From a virus (Duplodnaviria; Caudoviricetes): a stretch of 63,349 nucleotides of DNA. Each line of letters opens with the position of its first letter. Position 1 is the stretch's first letter. The notes under the pieces were generated by a model. That model had not been told where the DNA came from. It did no database searches and saw nothing but the letters and a program-made list of their open reading frames with translations. Positions 26,715 to 35,092 of the stretch are shown in pieces. The position numbers and the translations under genes were made by a program. The stretch covers positions 1-63,349 of the IMG/VR virus record IMGVR_UViG_3300044513_002212. One strand, written 5' to 3'.

Positions 26715-26942
26715 ATGTCCTACGAATTGATTCCTCCAACAGACCCACGCTATTTTTCACAAACTAGTGATGGTGATTATGATCGACATCGGTATAAACT
26801 AGTTTATCAAAGCGGTAAGACGGAGATCTTTGATAGTTGGGACGCCGCTCAAAGTACATGGTTCCAGTCTCCATCAAACTGGTTAAGTCATATAGAAGTA
26901 TTAGACAAAAAACAAACTAAAAAGACCAAAGGATTCTCATGA
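26715..26942 (+). CDS. Hypothetical cyanophage protein
   Basis: ORF with YDRHRYKL motif. Confidence 0.65.
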   Translation: MSYELIPPTDPRYFSQTSDGDYDRHRYKLVYQSGKTEIFDSWDAAQSTWFQSPSNWLSHIEVLDKKQTKKTKGFS

Positions 26943-27370
26943 TTAAAGAAGTAATTAAATCTATTAAAGGGGTCTTCATTCCTAAGTCTGAGGAAGAAGA
27001 CTTCAGAAAAGATTCTATGCCCCCATGGGGACATAGTGATATGGAATACTTGGTGAATAATCCAACTTCTTATACTGGAGTTCCTGCTCCTGACTATCTT
27101 CCTGAGGACCCTTGGTTCCCCGCTCCTGTTCTTTCCGAGAAACAACTCACGGTGAAAGAAGCACATGAGCAGGCAGTTGCAGACAAACAAATTCTGGATG
27201 AGTCTGAAAGTAAAGAGTCTGCAGACATCCACCAGAAATTGTATGAACTTGCTTCAAAGAATTGGAACACCGTAGACGAAACTCAGTTTGATGCTCTGGG
27301 TGGTTCTGAAAACTTCCAAGAAGGTCCTGGTTCTTGGCACTCTGGTACAGGTTACAGTCAGTTCCGATGA
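26939..27370 (+). CDS. Hypothetical protein
   Basis: ATGA overlap. Confidence 0.65.
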   Translation: MIKEVIKSIKGVFIPKSEEEDFRKDSMPPWGHSDMEYLVNNPTSYTGVPAPDYLPEDPWFPAPVLSEKQLTVKEAHEQAVADKQILDESESKESADIHQKLYELASKNWNTVDETQFDALGGSENFQEGPGSWHSGTGYSQFR

Positions 27371-27711
27371 AAAAGTACACTACCCACGAATACTTTTCTG
27401 TCATCTACAAGGCAACAGGAAAGAAGAAGTGTGATTGCGGTTGGGAAATGGATGCGATCAATATGGTTGCTAAGAATCCAAAAGAACTGACTTACATTCG
27501 AAGCACTAATCATCTTATGGGTCAAGTCATTGATGTTACCCCGCCACCTGCACTCCCTACGAATGCTGTGGAAAAGTACGAACACATTAATGACGACCCT
27601 CATGATGGATGGTGGTTGCAACCAGAATGGAAGGATCTCGATGAGGGATTTGCAGAAGATGTTCAGAAATCCTTACCTGAAAGTGATCTTCAACCATTAG
27701 ACTTTTCTTGA
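27367..27711 (+). CDS. Hypothetical protein
   Basis: ATGA overlap at 27367. Confidence 0.65.
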   Translation: MKKYTTHEYFSVIYKATGKKKCDCGWEMDAINMVAKNPKELTYIRSTNHLMGQVIDVTPPPALPTNAVEKYEHINDDPHDGWWLQPEWKDLDEGFAEDVQKSLPESDLQPLDFS

Positions 27712-27743
27712 ATTATAATTAGTAAAGCATTCTCCGTTCTAAA

Positions 27744-27980
27744 ATGAAAGCAGTAGTTTACACGAAAGAAGATTGTCAATTTTGTGAAAGAGTTAAACAT
27801 CTTTTAGGTAAATTAGAAATCGAATATCTAGAATACAAATATAAATCTGACTTCACCAAGAGTGAATTCTATTCTGAGTTTGGTGAAGGAGCAACATTCC
27901 CTCAGGTTTCAATCGATGCTAAACACATTGGTGGATGCAAAGAAACCCTAAATTATTTTAAGACTCTCAATCTATTCTGA
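27744..27980 (+). CDS. Glutaredoxin
   Basis: CQFC, TFPQV, IGGC. Confidence 0.88.
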   Translation: MKAVVYTKEDCQFCERVKHLLGKLEIEYLEYKYKSDFTKSEFYSEFGEGATFPQVSIDAKHIGGCKETLNYFKTLNLF

Positions 27981-27981
27981 C

Positions 27982-28242
27982 ATGGAAGAAAAATTAGATC
28001 TCATCCTCATTAAACTGAAAAAGTTGGAAGATGAAATTGCTTTGGTAAAGTTTGCTATCGAAGCACATAGGACAGAACATTCCTTAAGTAAGGGTCCTGG
28101 AATGGGACAAGCACCCCCAGGAATGCCTCCCTCTGGCGGTACTCCTTCTGGATATCAAGCTGGTGGAGTTCCCTTTGGTCCACCAGATATGATGGGTGGT
28201 GGAATGGGAGGTGGTGCTCCATGGGGTCCCCCTGGAATGTGA
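27982..28242 (+). CDS. Coiled-coil protein with a Gly/Pro/Met low-complexity tail
   Basis: Heptad-like N-terminus, then GPGMGQAPPGMPP...GGMGGGAPWGPPGM. Confidence 0.6.
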   Translation: MEEKLDLILIKLKKLEDEIALVKFAIEAHRTEHSLSKGPGMGQAPPGMPPSGGTPSGYQAGGVPFGPPDMMGGGMGGGAPWGPPGM

Positions 28243-28305
28243 AAATCAGCTTTTGATTTCAAAAAAGCTGGAAAAAAAATTCTGGCAAAAAAATGATGTG
28301 TAGGG
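28240..28305 (+). repeat. Intergenic A-tract/hairpin repeat, copy 1
   Basis: TGAAAATCAGCTTTTGATTTCAAAAAAGCTGGAAAAAAAATTCTGGCAA, nearly identical to 34100-34148. Confidence 0.85.
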
Positions 28306-28308
28306 TCG

Positions 28309-29754
28309 ATGAAACTATTAGCCATTAGATCATGTGCTCACGACTCAAATGTAACTTATTTTGATGGTGAGACAATTAAATATAAGTCTTTTGAGAGAGA
28401 CCTTCAAATCAAACACTTCGGATTTGAAGGTCTCTTTGGTTGGCATAGGATACTATCTGAATGGAATATAGATCCTTCTGAAGTTAATGCTATTGGTCTA
28501 GTTGCGGATAAGTTTTGTGAGGAACCCTTTAGGGATATGGGATTCACCTGTCCCATCCATAGAGTTGAACATCACTATGCTCATGCACTGAGTTTTTGGC
28601 CACTGGGTGTAGAACCAAATCTTCATTTTGTTTTTGATGGATTTGGTGATGATTATGTTTATAGGTCTGTCTTTCGGGATGGCAAACTGGTTGATAGTGC
28701 CTGCGACAATAGTAAATTTTCCAGTCTAGGATTTATCATGACCCGTATGGGTGCCTACCTCGAATTGGGTGGTCACTACTTAGACCAAGCGGGTAAAGTT
28801 ATGGCTCTTAAGGGGTTTGGTAAACACCACCCAGATGTTGTTCCTGTTAGTGATATTGATGATCTTGGTGATGTTTGGAACTTTGGTCATCTAGATTCCG
28901 TTAGAAGTAAGATCGGACAAGAGTATATTTTTGATTGGATTCACACAGCACACAAATACACTGAGGATGTTTTTCTAAAACACTTTAGATCTCATATCAG
29001 AGAGGGTGATGTTGTTGGATATTCTGGTGGTGTCGCACAGAATACTATTATTAATAAGGTATTGAGGGATAACTTCCCAAACATTGTCATACCACCTCAT
29101 GCTAATGATCAGGGTCTGTCTCTAGGTGTGATTGAATACCTGCGCCGAGAGTACTCTCTGTCCCCCTTCAGTACCGATGGGTTTCCTTTCTGGCAAGACG
29201 ATGAGAGTGTCCCTAGACCCTCCTCAGAGACGATCAGAGAGACCGCAGAGAGACTTGCGAATGGAGAGATAGTTGGGTGGTATCAGGGACATGGAGAGGT
29301 TGGTCCTAGGGCTCTGGGTAATAGAAGTGTTCTGATGAGTCCACTGTCTCAGGATGGCAAAGACATCATTAATTCAAGGGTAAAACATAGAGAATGGTTT
29401 AGACCTTTTGGTGCATCGGTTATTGAAGAGGATGTATCCAAGTACTTCTATTGGAATGGACCATCAGAATACATGCTTTATGTTGCAGATGTGTTAGAAC
29501 CAGACAGATTCCCTGCCATTACACACGTTGACGGTACATGTAGGATGCAGACCGTATCAAAACGTCATGAAGATTATTACCAACTTCTTAAGGAATTTGG
29601 TAAAATTACTGGAGTTCCAATGTTGTTGAATACATCATTGAATGCTGGCGGAAAACCAATTGCATCAAGGACTTCTGATGCTTTGGAACTATACTATAAG
29701 ACAGATTTAGATACTCTTGTACTAGGAAATAAAGTGCTATCGAAATCTAAATAG
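28309..29754 (+). CDS. Carbamoyltransferase (NodU/CmcH family)
   Basis: HDS, VEHHYAHA, DGFGD, GKVMAL, GPRALGNRS, VKHREWFRPF, HVDGTCR, LNTSLN. Confidence 0.92.
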   Translation: MKLLAIRSCAHDSNVTYFDGETIKYKSFERDLQIKHFGFEGLFGWHRILSEWNIDPSEVNAIGLVADKFCEEPFRDMGFTCPIHRVEHHYAHALSFWPLGVEPNLHFVFDGFGDDYVYRSVFRDGKLVDSACDNSKFSSLGFIMTRMGAYLELGGHYLDQAGKVMALKGFGKHHPDVVPVSDIDDLGDVWNFGHLDSVRSKIGQEYIFDWIHTAHKYTEDVFLKHFRSHIREGDVVGYSGGVAQNTIINKVLRDNFPNIVIPPHANDQGLSLGVIEYLRREYSLSPFSTDGFPFWQDDESVPRPSSETIRETAERLANGEIVGWYQGHGEVGPRALGNRSVLMSPLSQDGKDIINSRVKHREWFRPFGASVIEEDVSKYFYWNGPSEYMLYVADVLEPDRFPAITHVDGTCRMQTVSKRHEDYYQLLKEFGKITGVPMLLNTSLNAGGKPIASRTSDALELYYKTDLDTLVLGNKVLSKSK

Positions 29755-29776
29755 CTGTGACTCTACGCAGTAATGC

Positions 29777-30187
29777 ATGGAAGTTTTTAGCTCGCCAGAA
29801 GATTATCTTTTTAATCTTCATACTTGTTCGCCAGGAGAAGCTAGACGCATATGGAAGGACTCCATTAAACAATCATTCGACTATAAGTGTGCTTATTGTG
29901 GGTCGAGAGAACATTTAACTCTCGATCACGTTGTTCCTCGTTTTGCTGGGGGAACTGATGAAACAAAGAACCTAGTCTGTGCATGTAATGAGTGCAACAA
30001 ATCCAAATCGCATGAGAATTGGCGCTCGTGGTACTCCAGACAATCATTCTACGACCCATTCAAAGAGCAACGTATTGTCGATTGGCAAAAACAGAATATC
30101 GCAAACCTCAGCAACTATGTTGAGACGGAGCGGGCAGGAATGGTCCTGACCCGCAATAATTTTGTCTATAAAAAACTTAAGAAATAG
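29777..30187 (+). CDS. HNH endonuclease
   Basis: CAYCG...LTLDHVVP..GG...NLVCACNECNKSK. Confidence 0.9.
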   Translation: MEVFSSPEDYLFNLHTCSPGEARRIWKDSIKQSFDYKCAYCGSREHLTLDHVVPRFAGGTDETKNLVCACNECNKSKSHENWRSWYSRQSFYDPFKEQRIVDWQKQNIANLSNYVETERAGMVLTRNNFVYKKLKK

Positions 30188-30274
30188 TAAAATGGTATCA
30201 AGATGACACTATATTTGGTATTCATTTATACGGTCACCTTGCATAAATATTAGTACTGGTATATAATACCAGTA

Positions 30275-30535
30275 CGTTCATCCCGCTCTCGGGTGGGACG
30301 CAAGTAAGTCGCGGAACGGAGCGTTCATCCTATGTTATCACTGGCTTTAATCTTCTTTAGTCATGTCCCACCTGAGAACCTTCTCAGATGTGAAGACTAT
30401 CAGTGGTTGAAGGAAGGTCTTATGAGCACCACTCTCTTCACACCAGCTGAAAAGAGTGACATCCTAATTAACTGGATCAATCATACAGACCCACATTGTT
30501 TTGATAACAAGGACGCAAACGACTGAAGGAACGGG
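30275..30535 (+). ncRNA. Tandem glutamine riboswitch-like aptamers (glnA / Downstream-peptide type)
   Basis: Two copies of CGTTCATCC...GGACGCAA...GGAACGG (30275-30319 and 30322-30535) upstream of YRG peptides. Confidence 0.75.
30332..30526 (+). CDS. Hypothetical protein embedded in the riboswitch loop
   Basis: 64 aa, GGAG about 11 nt upstream, hydrophobic N-terminus, two Cys. Confidence 0.6.
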   Translation: MLSLALIFFSHVPPENLLRCEDYQWLKEGLMSTTLFTPAEKSDILINWINHTDPHCFDNKDAND

Positions 30536-30573
30536 AGACTTAAAACTCACCCTAGTATTTCAGGTAACGACAA

Positions 30574-30738
30574 ATGAACACACTTTCTCTCATCAAAAAG
30601 AAAATCGAGAAGGCAGCAGCTCTTCATGACGCACAAATTGCTATGACTACCTATCGTGGTGTCAAGTATGAGTGTCAGCAAGGTGCTGATGAAGTACATG
30701 GTACTTTCTGCTATCGTGGTCACACCTACAACAAGTGA
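30574..30738 (+). CDS. DUF4278-like (YRG) downstream peptide
   Basis: MNTLSLIKK...TTYRGVKY...FCYRGHTYNK; not in the ORF track. Confidence 0.8.
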   Translation: MNTLSLIKKKIEKAAALHDAQIAMTTYRGVKYECQQGADEVHGTFCYRGHTYNK

Positions 30739-30746
30739 GGTGAGAC

Positions 30747-30902
30747 ATGGTGAAGGTCAAATTCGAATATGACCTTCCAGAATACGATCCAGAGAAACAC
30801 GATCCAGAAAAAGTTTTCGGATTTTTATGTTATCGTGGTGTCTGTTATGCTAAAATGGTTAATTTAAAATCACGAGGCAAGCAAAACTGGAAAGTCAACT
30901 AA
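30747..30902 (+). CDS. Second YRG-motif small protein
   Basis: ...FLCYRGVCYAK...; GAGG RBS. Confidence 0.65.
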   Translation: MVKVKFEYDLPEYDPEKHDPEKVFGFLCYRGVCYAKMVNLKSRGKQNWKVN

Positions 30903-30904
30903 TG

Positions 30905-30929
30905 AGGGGTTAATACCCCTCTTTTTTTT
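30905..30929 (+). terminator. Rho-independent terminator
   Basis: GAGGGGT-TAAT-ACCCCTC followed by a T-run. Confidence 0.85.
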
Positions 30930-30951
30930 GTGTGTATTTACGTATAGAAAA

Positions 30952-30967
30952 TGTAAGATTCTATACA
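30952..30967. promoter_or_regulatory. NtcA-box-like site
   Basis: TGTA-AGATTCTA-TACA matches TGTA-N8-TACA, in intergenic DNA. Confidence 0.45.
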
Positions 30968-31087
30968 ATTTGGACTCATTTGGTCAGAATTTGCTGACAT
31001 TTCTCCTAGATAGTGTAGAATTTGGATATGACCATGAACTGAAAGTTATTTCTCCTTATATCATGGTTTACGCTTAGGAGGTGAATT

Positions 31088-31261
31088 ATGCACAACATTC
31101 TATCTCGCAATCAACTAGATGAATGGCGTCATTTTGAACAAACTGTGGATGATTTGGAATCAGAACTGGAACGAATTAATGACTATTACGAATGTCTGAT
31201 TGAATGCGATGAAGACCAAGCAACATGTAAGAGAATCTGTAGAGAGGTATTAGCAGAATAA
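31088..31261 (+). CDS. Small Cys-containing protein (57 aa)
   Basis: AGGAGG RBS; MHNILSRNQLDEW...YYECLIECDEDQATCKRICREVL. Confidence 0.7.
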   Translation: MHNILSRNQLDEWRHFEQTVDDLESELERINDYYECLIECDEDQATCKRICREVLAE

Positions 31262-31353
31262 AAAGAGTATCAACTGTACCGTTCGTCCGTCCTTTTACCC
31301 CTTGACATTTTTGTCAGGGGGTTTTATTATGGAGTCTACATATCAAGAGTCAA

Positions 31354-31593
31354 ATGCAAGGTTGGGAACTGATCGAAGAGCGTCTTAAATTGATCGAAGC
31401 TCAAATTGATGCGATCAGAGAGGACCTTAACATGCATATCAAACCTGTAGACCAGCGCATTTTCAACCTTCGAGATGCCGAGTACTATCGACAGAGAGCA
31501 ATGTTAGATGCTAAATATGCCAAGGAGCGTGTTGGCGTTGCTAGTACCTCCGATTGGGACGACTTCTGGAACAATTCTTACGACATCAAATGA
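31354..31593 (+). CDS. Hypothetical protein
   Basis: ORF after TTGACA..TATTAT promoter at about 31302-31330. Confidence 0.6.
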   Translation: MQGWELIEERLKLIEAQIDAIREDLNMHIKPVDQRIFNLRDAEYYRQRAMLDAKYAKERVGVASTSDWDDFWNNSYDIK

Positions 31594-31775
31594 ATCCAAA
31601 CGACATATCGCTGGAGTCTCCAGCAAAAAGCTTTACATATGAAAAGATCTCTCGTCAGATTGAAGAGTGTAACAGCGTTTCTCAATTGAAAGACATCGCA
31701 AGATGTTATGTTAAAATGTACCTGAAACAACAGGAAGTAATGTCGGCTTCATTTGGAATGAAACCAAAAGTATGA
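31590..31775 (+). CDS. Small helical protein, possibly NblA-like
   Basis: MNPNDISLESPAKSFTYEKISRQIEEC...LKDIARCYVKMYLKQQEV; size and helix pattern resemble NblA. Confidence 0.4.
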   Translation: MNPNDISLESPAKSFTYEKISRQIEECNSVSQLKDIARCYVKMYLKQQEVMSASFGMKPKV

Positions 31776-31804
31776 TCCCTAACGAAATTCACGGATAAAA
31801 AAAC

Positions 31805-31978
31805 ATGGCTCTCAACCATCACCAGTGGAAATTAATCTACAACGCTGTTCGTAACCAACAAAAACATGAAATGTGTGGTAGTAAATGGTATGATGAGTAT
31901 AGTGAAGTTCTAGATCATCTTTATCCACTGGCGTACTCCGAATCATATTTAAATAATCCTATTGACGATGTTGACTAA
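31805..31978 (+). CDS. Hypothetical protein (57 aa)
   Basis: MALNHHQWKLIYNAVR... Confidence 0.5.
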   Translation: MALNHHQWKLIYNAVRNQQKHEMCGSKWYDEYSEVLDHLYPLAYSESYLNNPIDDVD

Positions 31979-32147
31979 AAAAGAGGCGGTCTGGATCTGC
32001 CGTAGAATGATTAAAATCTACCATCCAGACTACCGTGGAAATGCTCCTGCAAAACAGGAGTATTGGACAAAATTTCTTGACATTCTACACGAACAAGGTA
32101 GAATATATTCACACGACTACAAAACCTGGTCTTGCCCTTTCAAATAA
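31968..32147 (+). CDS. Hypothetical protein
   Basis: ORF ending WSCPFK. Confidence 0.55.
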   Translation: MLTKKEAVWICRRMIKIYHPDYRGNAPAKQEYWTKFLDILHEQGRIYSHDYKTWSCPFK

Positions 32148-32148
32148 C

Positions 32149-32610
32149 ATGAAAGAATTTGATTATGAACTCCCTTATGAGGAACTTGACTTCACGGATC
32201 CAGAAATTCGTGGACTTTATCGTATTGGAAGGGGAGAGCAAGGAGTTCTACTGGTACGCCCTTATACAAACGATATTTGTGCTCACTGGCGATTCGTAAA
32301 TGAGGAAACTGCTACTAAATCTTCTAATAAAATATACGAAATGTTCTGTGAGTATAAATCGCGGAAAGATTTCATTGGAATGGACATGGCAAGGAAATTC
32401 CTTGAGATGGGATTCACTCGTGCCAGACGGTACGCCAATCACTCTTCGGGACGCAAATATGCAGAAGATGGGAGTGTATCTGCCTGTGAGGAAGATTGCC
32501 TCACGAATGTCAAAGCAAGAGCGGCGCAGATCTTCAAAGTAATTCGAGATAAGGCAGCATACGACACAGAGTATCAAACAATGCGTAAAGAGTGGAGATC
32601 TCAAGAGTGA
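32149..32610 (+). CDS. DUF4385 family protein
   Basis: YRIGRGEQGVL, DMARKFLEMGFTRARRYANH. Confidence 0.8.
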   Translation: MKEFDYELPYEELDFTDPEIRGLYRIGRGEQGVLLVRPYTNDICAHWRFVNEETATKSSNKIYEMFCEYKSRKDFIGMDMARKFLEMGFTRARRYANHSSGRKYAEDGSVSACEEDCLTNVKARAAQIFKVIRDKAAYDTEYQTMRKEWRSQE

Positions 32611-33191
32611 TTATAAGTGAAGGTCCAATGTTCGCCATTCCTTTTCTCCATATGCGATTGGAGAATTGGCAGTGGCGCAAAAAGGTCTTGCTTAATCATC
32701 TCCTTGATCGCAGAACGATGAAGAGAGATGATACCTTGGATCATCTGACCACAGACTATCATTATCAGTTTGAAGAAGGTGAATCGGGAGTATATAATAG
32801 AGAAGTATCTGAATTATTTGGCGGAGAGATTGATTACTTGATGGAAAGAGCGAATCTTGCATCAGCAGAAGTAATCATGTCTTGGTTTGAAGAGACGGGA
32901 GAGAAAGATTATCATGGTATACATAATCACGGAGCGGCGGGATTTAGTTCTGTAGTTTATGTTGATTATGATCCCAATGTACATCAACCCACACAGTTTG
33001 TATGTCCTTGGGTTGGAACAGTTGAACAAGAGGTACTTGAGTTTGTGCCGCCAAATGTACAAGAGGGTGATATCATATTCTTCCCATCACTAATCTCCCA
33101 CTATACTAGACCAAATAAGACTACTAAGAAAAGATTAATTCTTTCTTTTAATTTGAATTGTAAGCTCCATAAAGCACCATTCGAAAACTGA
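32607..33191 (+). CDS. 2OG-Fe(II) oxygenase
   Basis: HGIHNHG..FSSVVY, IIFFPS..HYT.P..RLILSFN. Confidence 0.8.
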   Translation: MIISEGPMFAIPFLHMRLENWQWRKKVLLNHLLDRRTMKRDDTLDHLTTDYHYQFEEGESGVYNREVSELFGGEIDYLMERANLASAEVIMSWFEETGEKDYHGIHNHGAAGFSSVVYVDYDPNVHQPTQFVCPWVGTVEQEVLEFVPPNVQEGDIIFFPSLISHYTRPNKTTKKRLILSFNLNCKLHKAPFEN

Positions 33192-33402
33192 GAAAAACTT
33201 ATGTCAAACTACGTACAACTAGTAAGAAGTAGACAGAAAGCCTTGGATGAAGGTGATACGGAGACTGCTGAGTTGATTTATGAAAAGATTGTATCTCTAT
33301 TGCAGTCTGGTAAGGTTACTGCAGAAGAATTTAACGAAGCTGCATTACCTTATTGACAAATAGTGAGATCACTTGTATACTTTAGCTATCGTATTATAGA
33401 TC

Positions 33403-33600
33403 ATGCACTACAAACCTTACAGTCAGGAGTGGCACAGATACCGCTACCTCAAAGAGGCTATTGATAAGTACCTTGACGATGGTATTGATCCAACCTTCAT
33501 TGTGGATGACATCAAAGATGTTCTTCATCTTCGATCCGAAGCAGCATACGCAGAGTTTCAACGGATTAATCAACTAGAGCACTACCTATCGGACGAGTGA
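33403..33600 (+). CDS. Hypothetical cyanophage protein
   Basis: ORF after TTGACA-18-TATACT (33353-33382). Confidence 0.65.
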   Translation: MHYKPYSQEWHRYRYLKEAIDKYLDDGIDPTFIVDDIKDVLHLRSEAAYAEFQRINQLEHYLSDE

Positions 33601-33660
33601 AATCGTTAGTAAGAACCGTAGATGGTACACTCTAAATATTAATAGTACGGATGACCACAC

Positions 33661-33975
33661 ATGCTATCTACAGCGTACCGTTTAAGACTTGAAGGTATTT
33701 GCAATAAAATTGCTAATAAAGAAGAGGTCTCTCTAACTGACATGATGTGGGCAGAGAAACTTGCCAAGTCATACACAACAGTAAGAGACTGGTTAAACAA
33801 AGCACGTCGTCAAGCTGCTCAGGATATTCAGGAGGGCAGCATGGATGATTTTATGAATAAGATGGGACTAGGTGACCCCGACCCATCTAATTACAAAACG
33901 GGGTTCGGTTCCGCAGACGAAATTGTGGATTGGTTCAAGCAAGATAAACCTGACGACTGGAGACAGAGAGATTGA
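33661..33975 (+). CDS. Hypothetical cyanophage protein
   Basis: ORF ending DWRQRD, after CTAAATA late-promoter-like site. Confidence 0.7.
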   Translation: MLSTAYRLRLEGICNKIANKEEVSLTDMMWAEKLAKSYTTVRDWLNKARRQAAQDIQEGSMDDFMNKMGLGDPDPSNYKTGFGSADEIVDWFKQDKPDDWRQRD

Positions 33976-34099
33976 ACGAACAAGATCCAGATCTCGTGTA
34001 TTTGAAGGAGCAGATCGAAAAATTGAAAGAGGATGTTGCAAAACTTAAAGAGGTCATCCATCGCAACTCATACCACAAGATCCCTGACAGGTACTGAAA

Positions 34100-34166
34100 T
34101 GAAAATCAGCTTTTGATTCCAAAAAAGCTCGGAAAAAAATTCTGGCAATTTTTTGACTGTCAGGGT
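34100..34166 (+). repeat. Intergenic A-tract/hairpin repeat, copy 2
   Basis: TGAAAATCAGCTTTTGATTCCAAAAAAGCTCGGAAAAAAATTCTGGCAA. Confidence 0.85.
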
Positions 34167-34227
34167 TTTCACAAATTTTATGCACTACTTCTAAATATCC
34201 CTATAATGACGGAAACGGCACAAATCG

Positions 34228-34464
34228 ATGACTGAACCCGTGAAATTCAAAGATTGGGGTGAAGATGTGGAATTGCCTGAAAGGGTCACAAAACAGGAAG
34301 TACAGGAGATGATCGATGCTGCTATACGACAGCACAATCGGAATGCTTCCATTATTAGTATGTGTGTCGGTTGGGTAGTTCTTGCTTTATTTGCTGAAGG
34401 ACTTCTGAGGCTACTCGGAGTGATTCCTCCACTTGTGACTTGGTTGGATTTATCAATTAAATGA
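34228..34464 (+). CDS. Hypothetical membrane protein
   Basis: C-terminal hydrophobic segment. Confidence 0.65.
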   Translation: MTEPVKFKDWGEDVELPERVTKQEVQEMIDAAIRQHNRNASIISMCVGWVVLALFAEGLLRLLGVIPPLVTWLDLSIK

Positions 34465-34931
34465 TTGAAGTATTAGTCTATCCCGAATTCCAGTCTCTTA
34501 ACAGAGATTTGGAAAGCTGGATAGATTTTTTGCCAAATGACACTGAAGAATATTCGAATCTAGTCGTTACAAAGCAAACTGGATACAATACGTATCCTAA
34601 ACCCTTTTTGAAACTGAAGGATTGGGTAGTTAATAAAATCTCTCCTGATAGAGAGATGGAATACCAACTTTGGGGTGCCATTTACAATTATGGTGATTAT
34701 GCTGAAACGCATAAACATTCTGGTCATGATGGAAATGCATCTGACTATTCTTTTGTTTATTATGTGAATTCTCCAGAAGGTAGTTCTCCACTACTTTTCA
34801 GTGATATTATCATCAATCCTTCTCCTGGACTTTGTGTGGTTTTCTCTTCTGATGAACTCCACCGTGTTCCTGAAAATAAGTGTGACAGAAGAATTGTACT
34901 GGCAGGCAATTTAAAATGGAACGAACATTAG
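34461..34931 (+). CDS. 2OG-Fe(II) oxygenase
   Basis: HKH, SFVYYVN.PEGSSP, HRV, RIVLAGN; paralog of 922-1473. Confidence 0.8.
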   Translation: MIEVLVYPEFQSLNRDLESWIDFLPNDTEEYSNLVVTKQTGYNTYPKPFLKLKDWVVNKISPDREMEYQLWGAIYNYGDYAETHKHSGHDGNASDYSFVYYVNSPEGSSPLLFSDIIINPSPGLCVVFSSDELHRVPENKCDRRIVLAGNLKWNEH

Positions 34932-35092
34932 AGTGGCTTGGTGTTATTCTATTATTCGGATTTGGAGTAACTATGATTATCCAAGGACATTTCATTTTTC
35001 ATGGTAAACGAGGATACCGTCATTGTGAACGTGAAAATGAAAAAATGGATAATGCTCGTAAACAAGTAGAACAGTTGTTTAGAGAAAAATGA
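34916..35092 (+). CDS. Small membrane protein (58 aa)
   Basis: MERTLEWLGVILLFGFGVTMIIQGH... Confidence 0.5.
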   Translation: MERTLEWLGVILLFGFGVTMIIQGHFIFHGKRGYRHCERENEKMDNARKQVEQLFREK

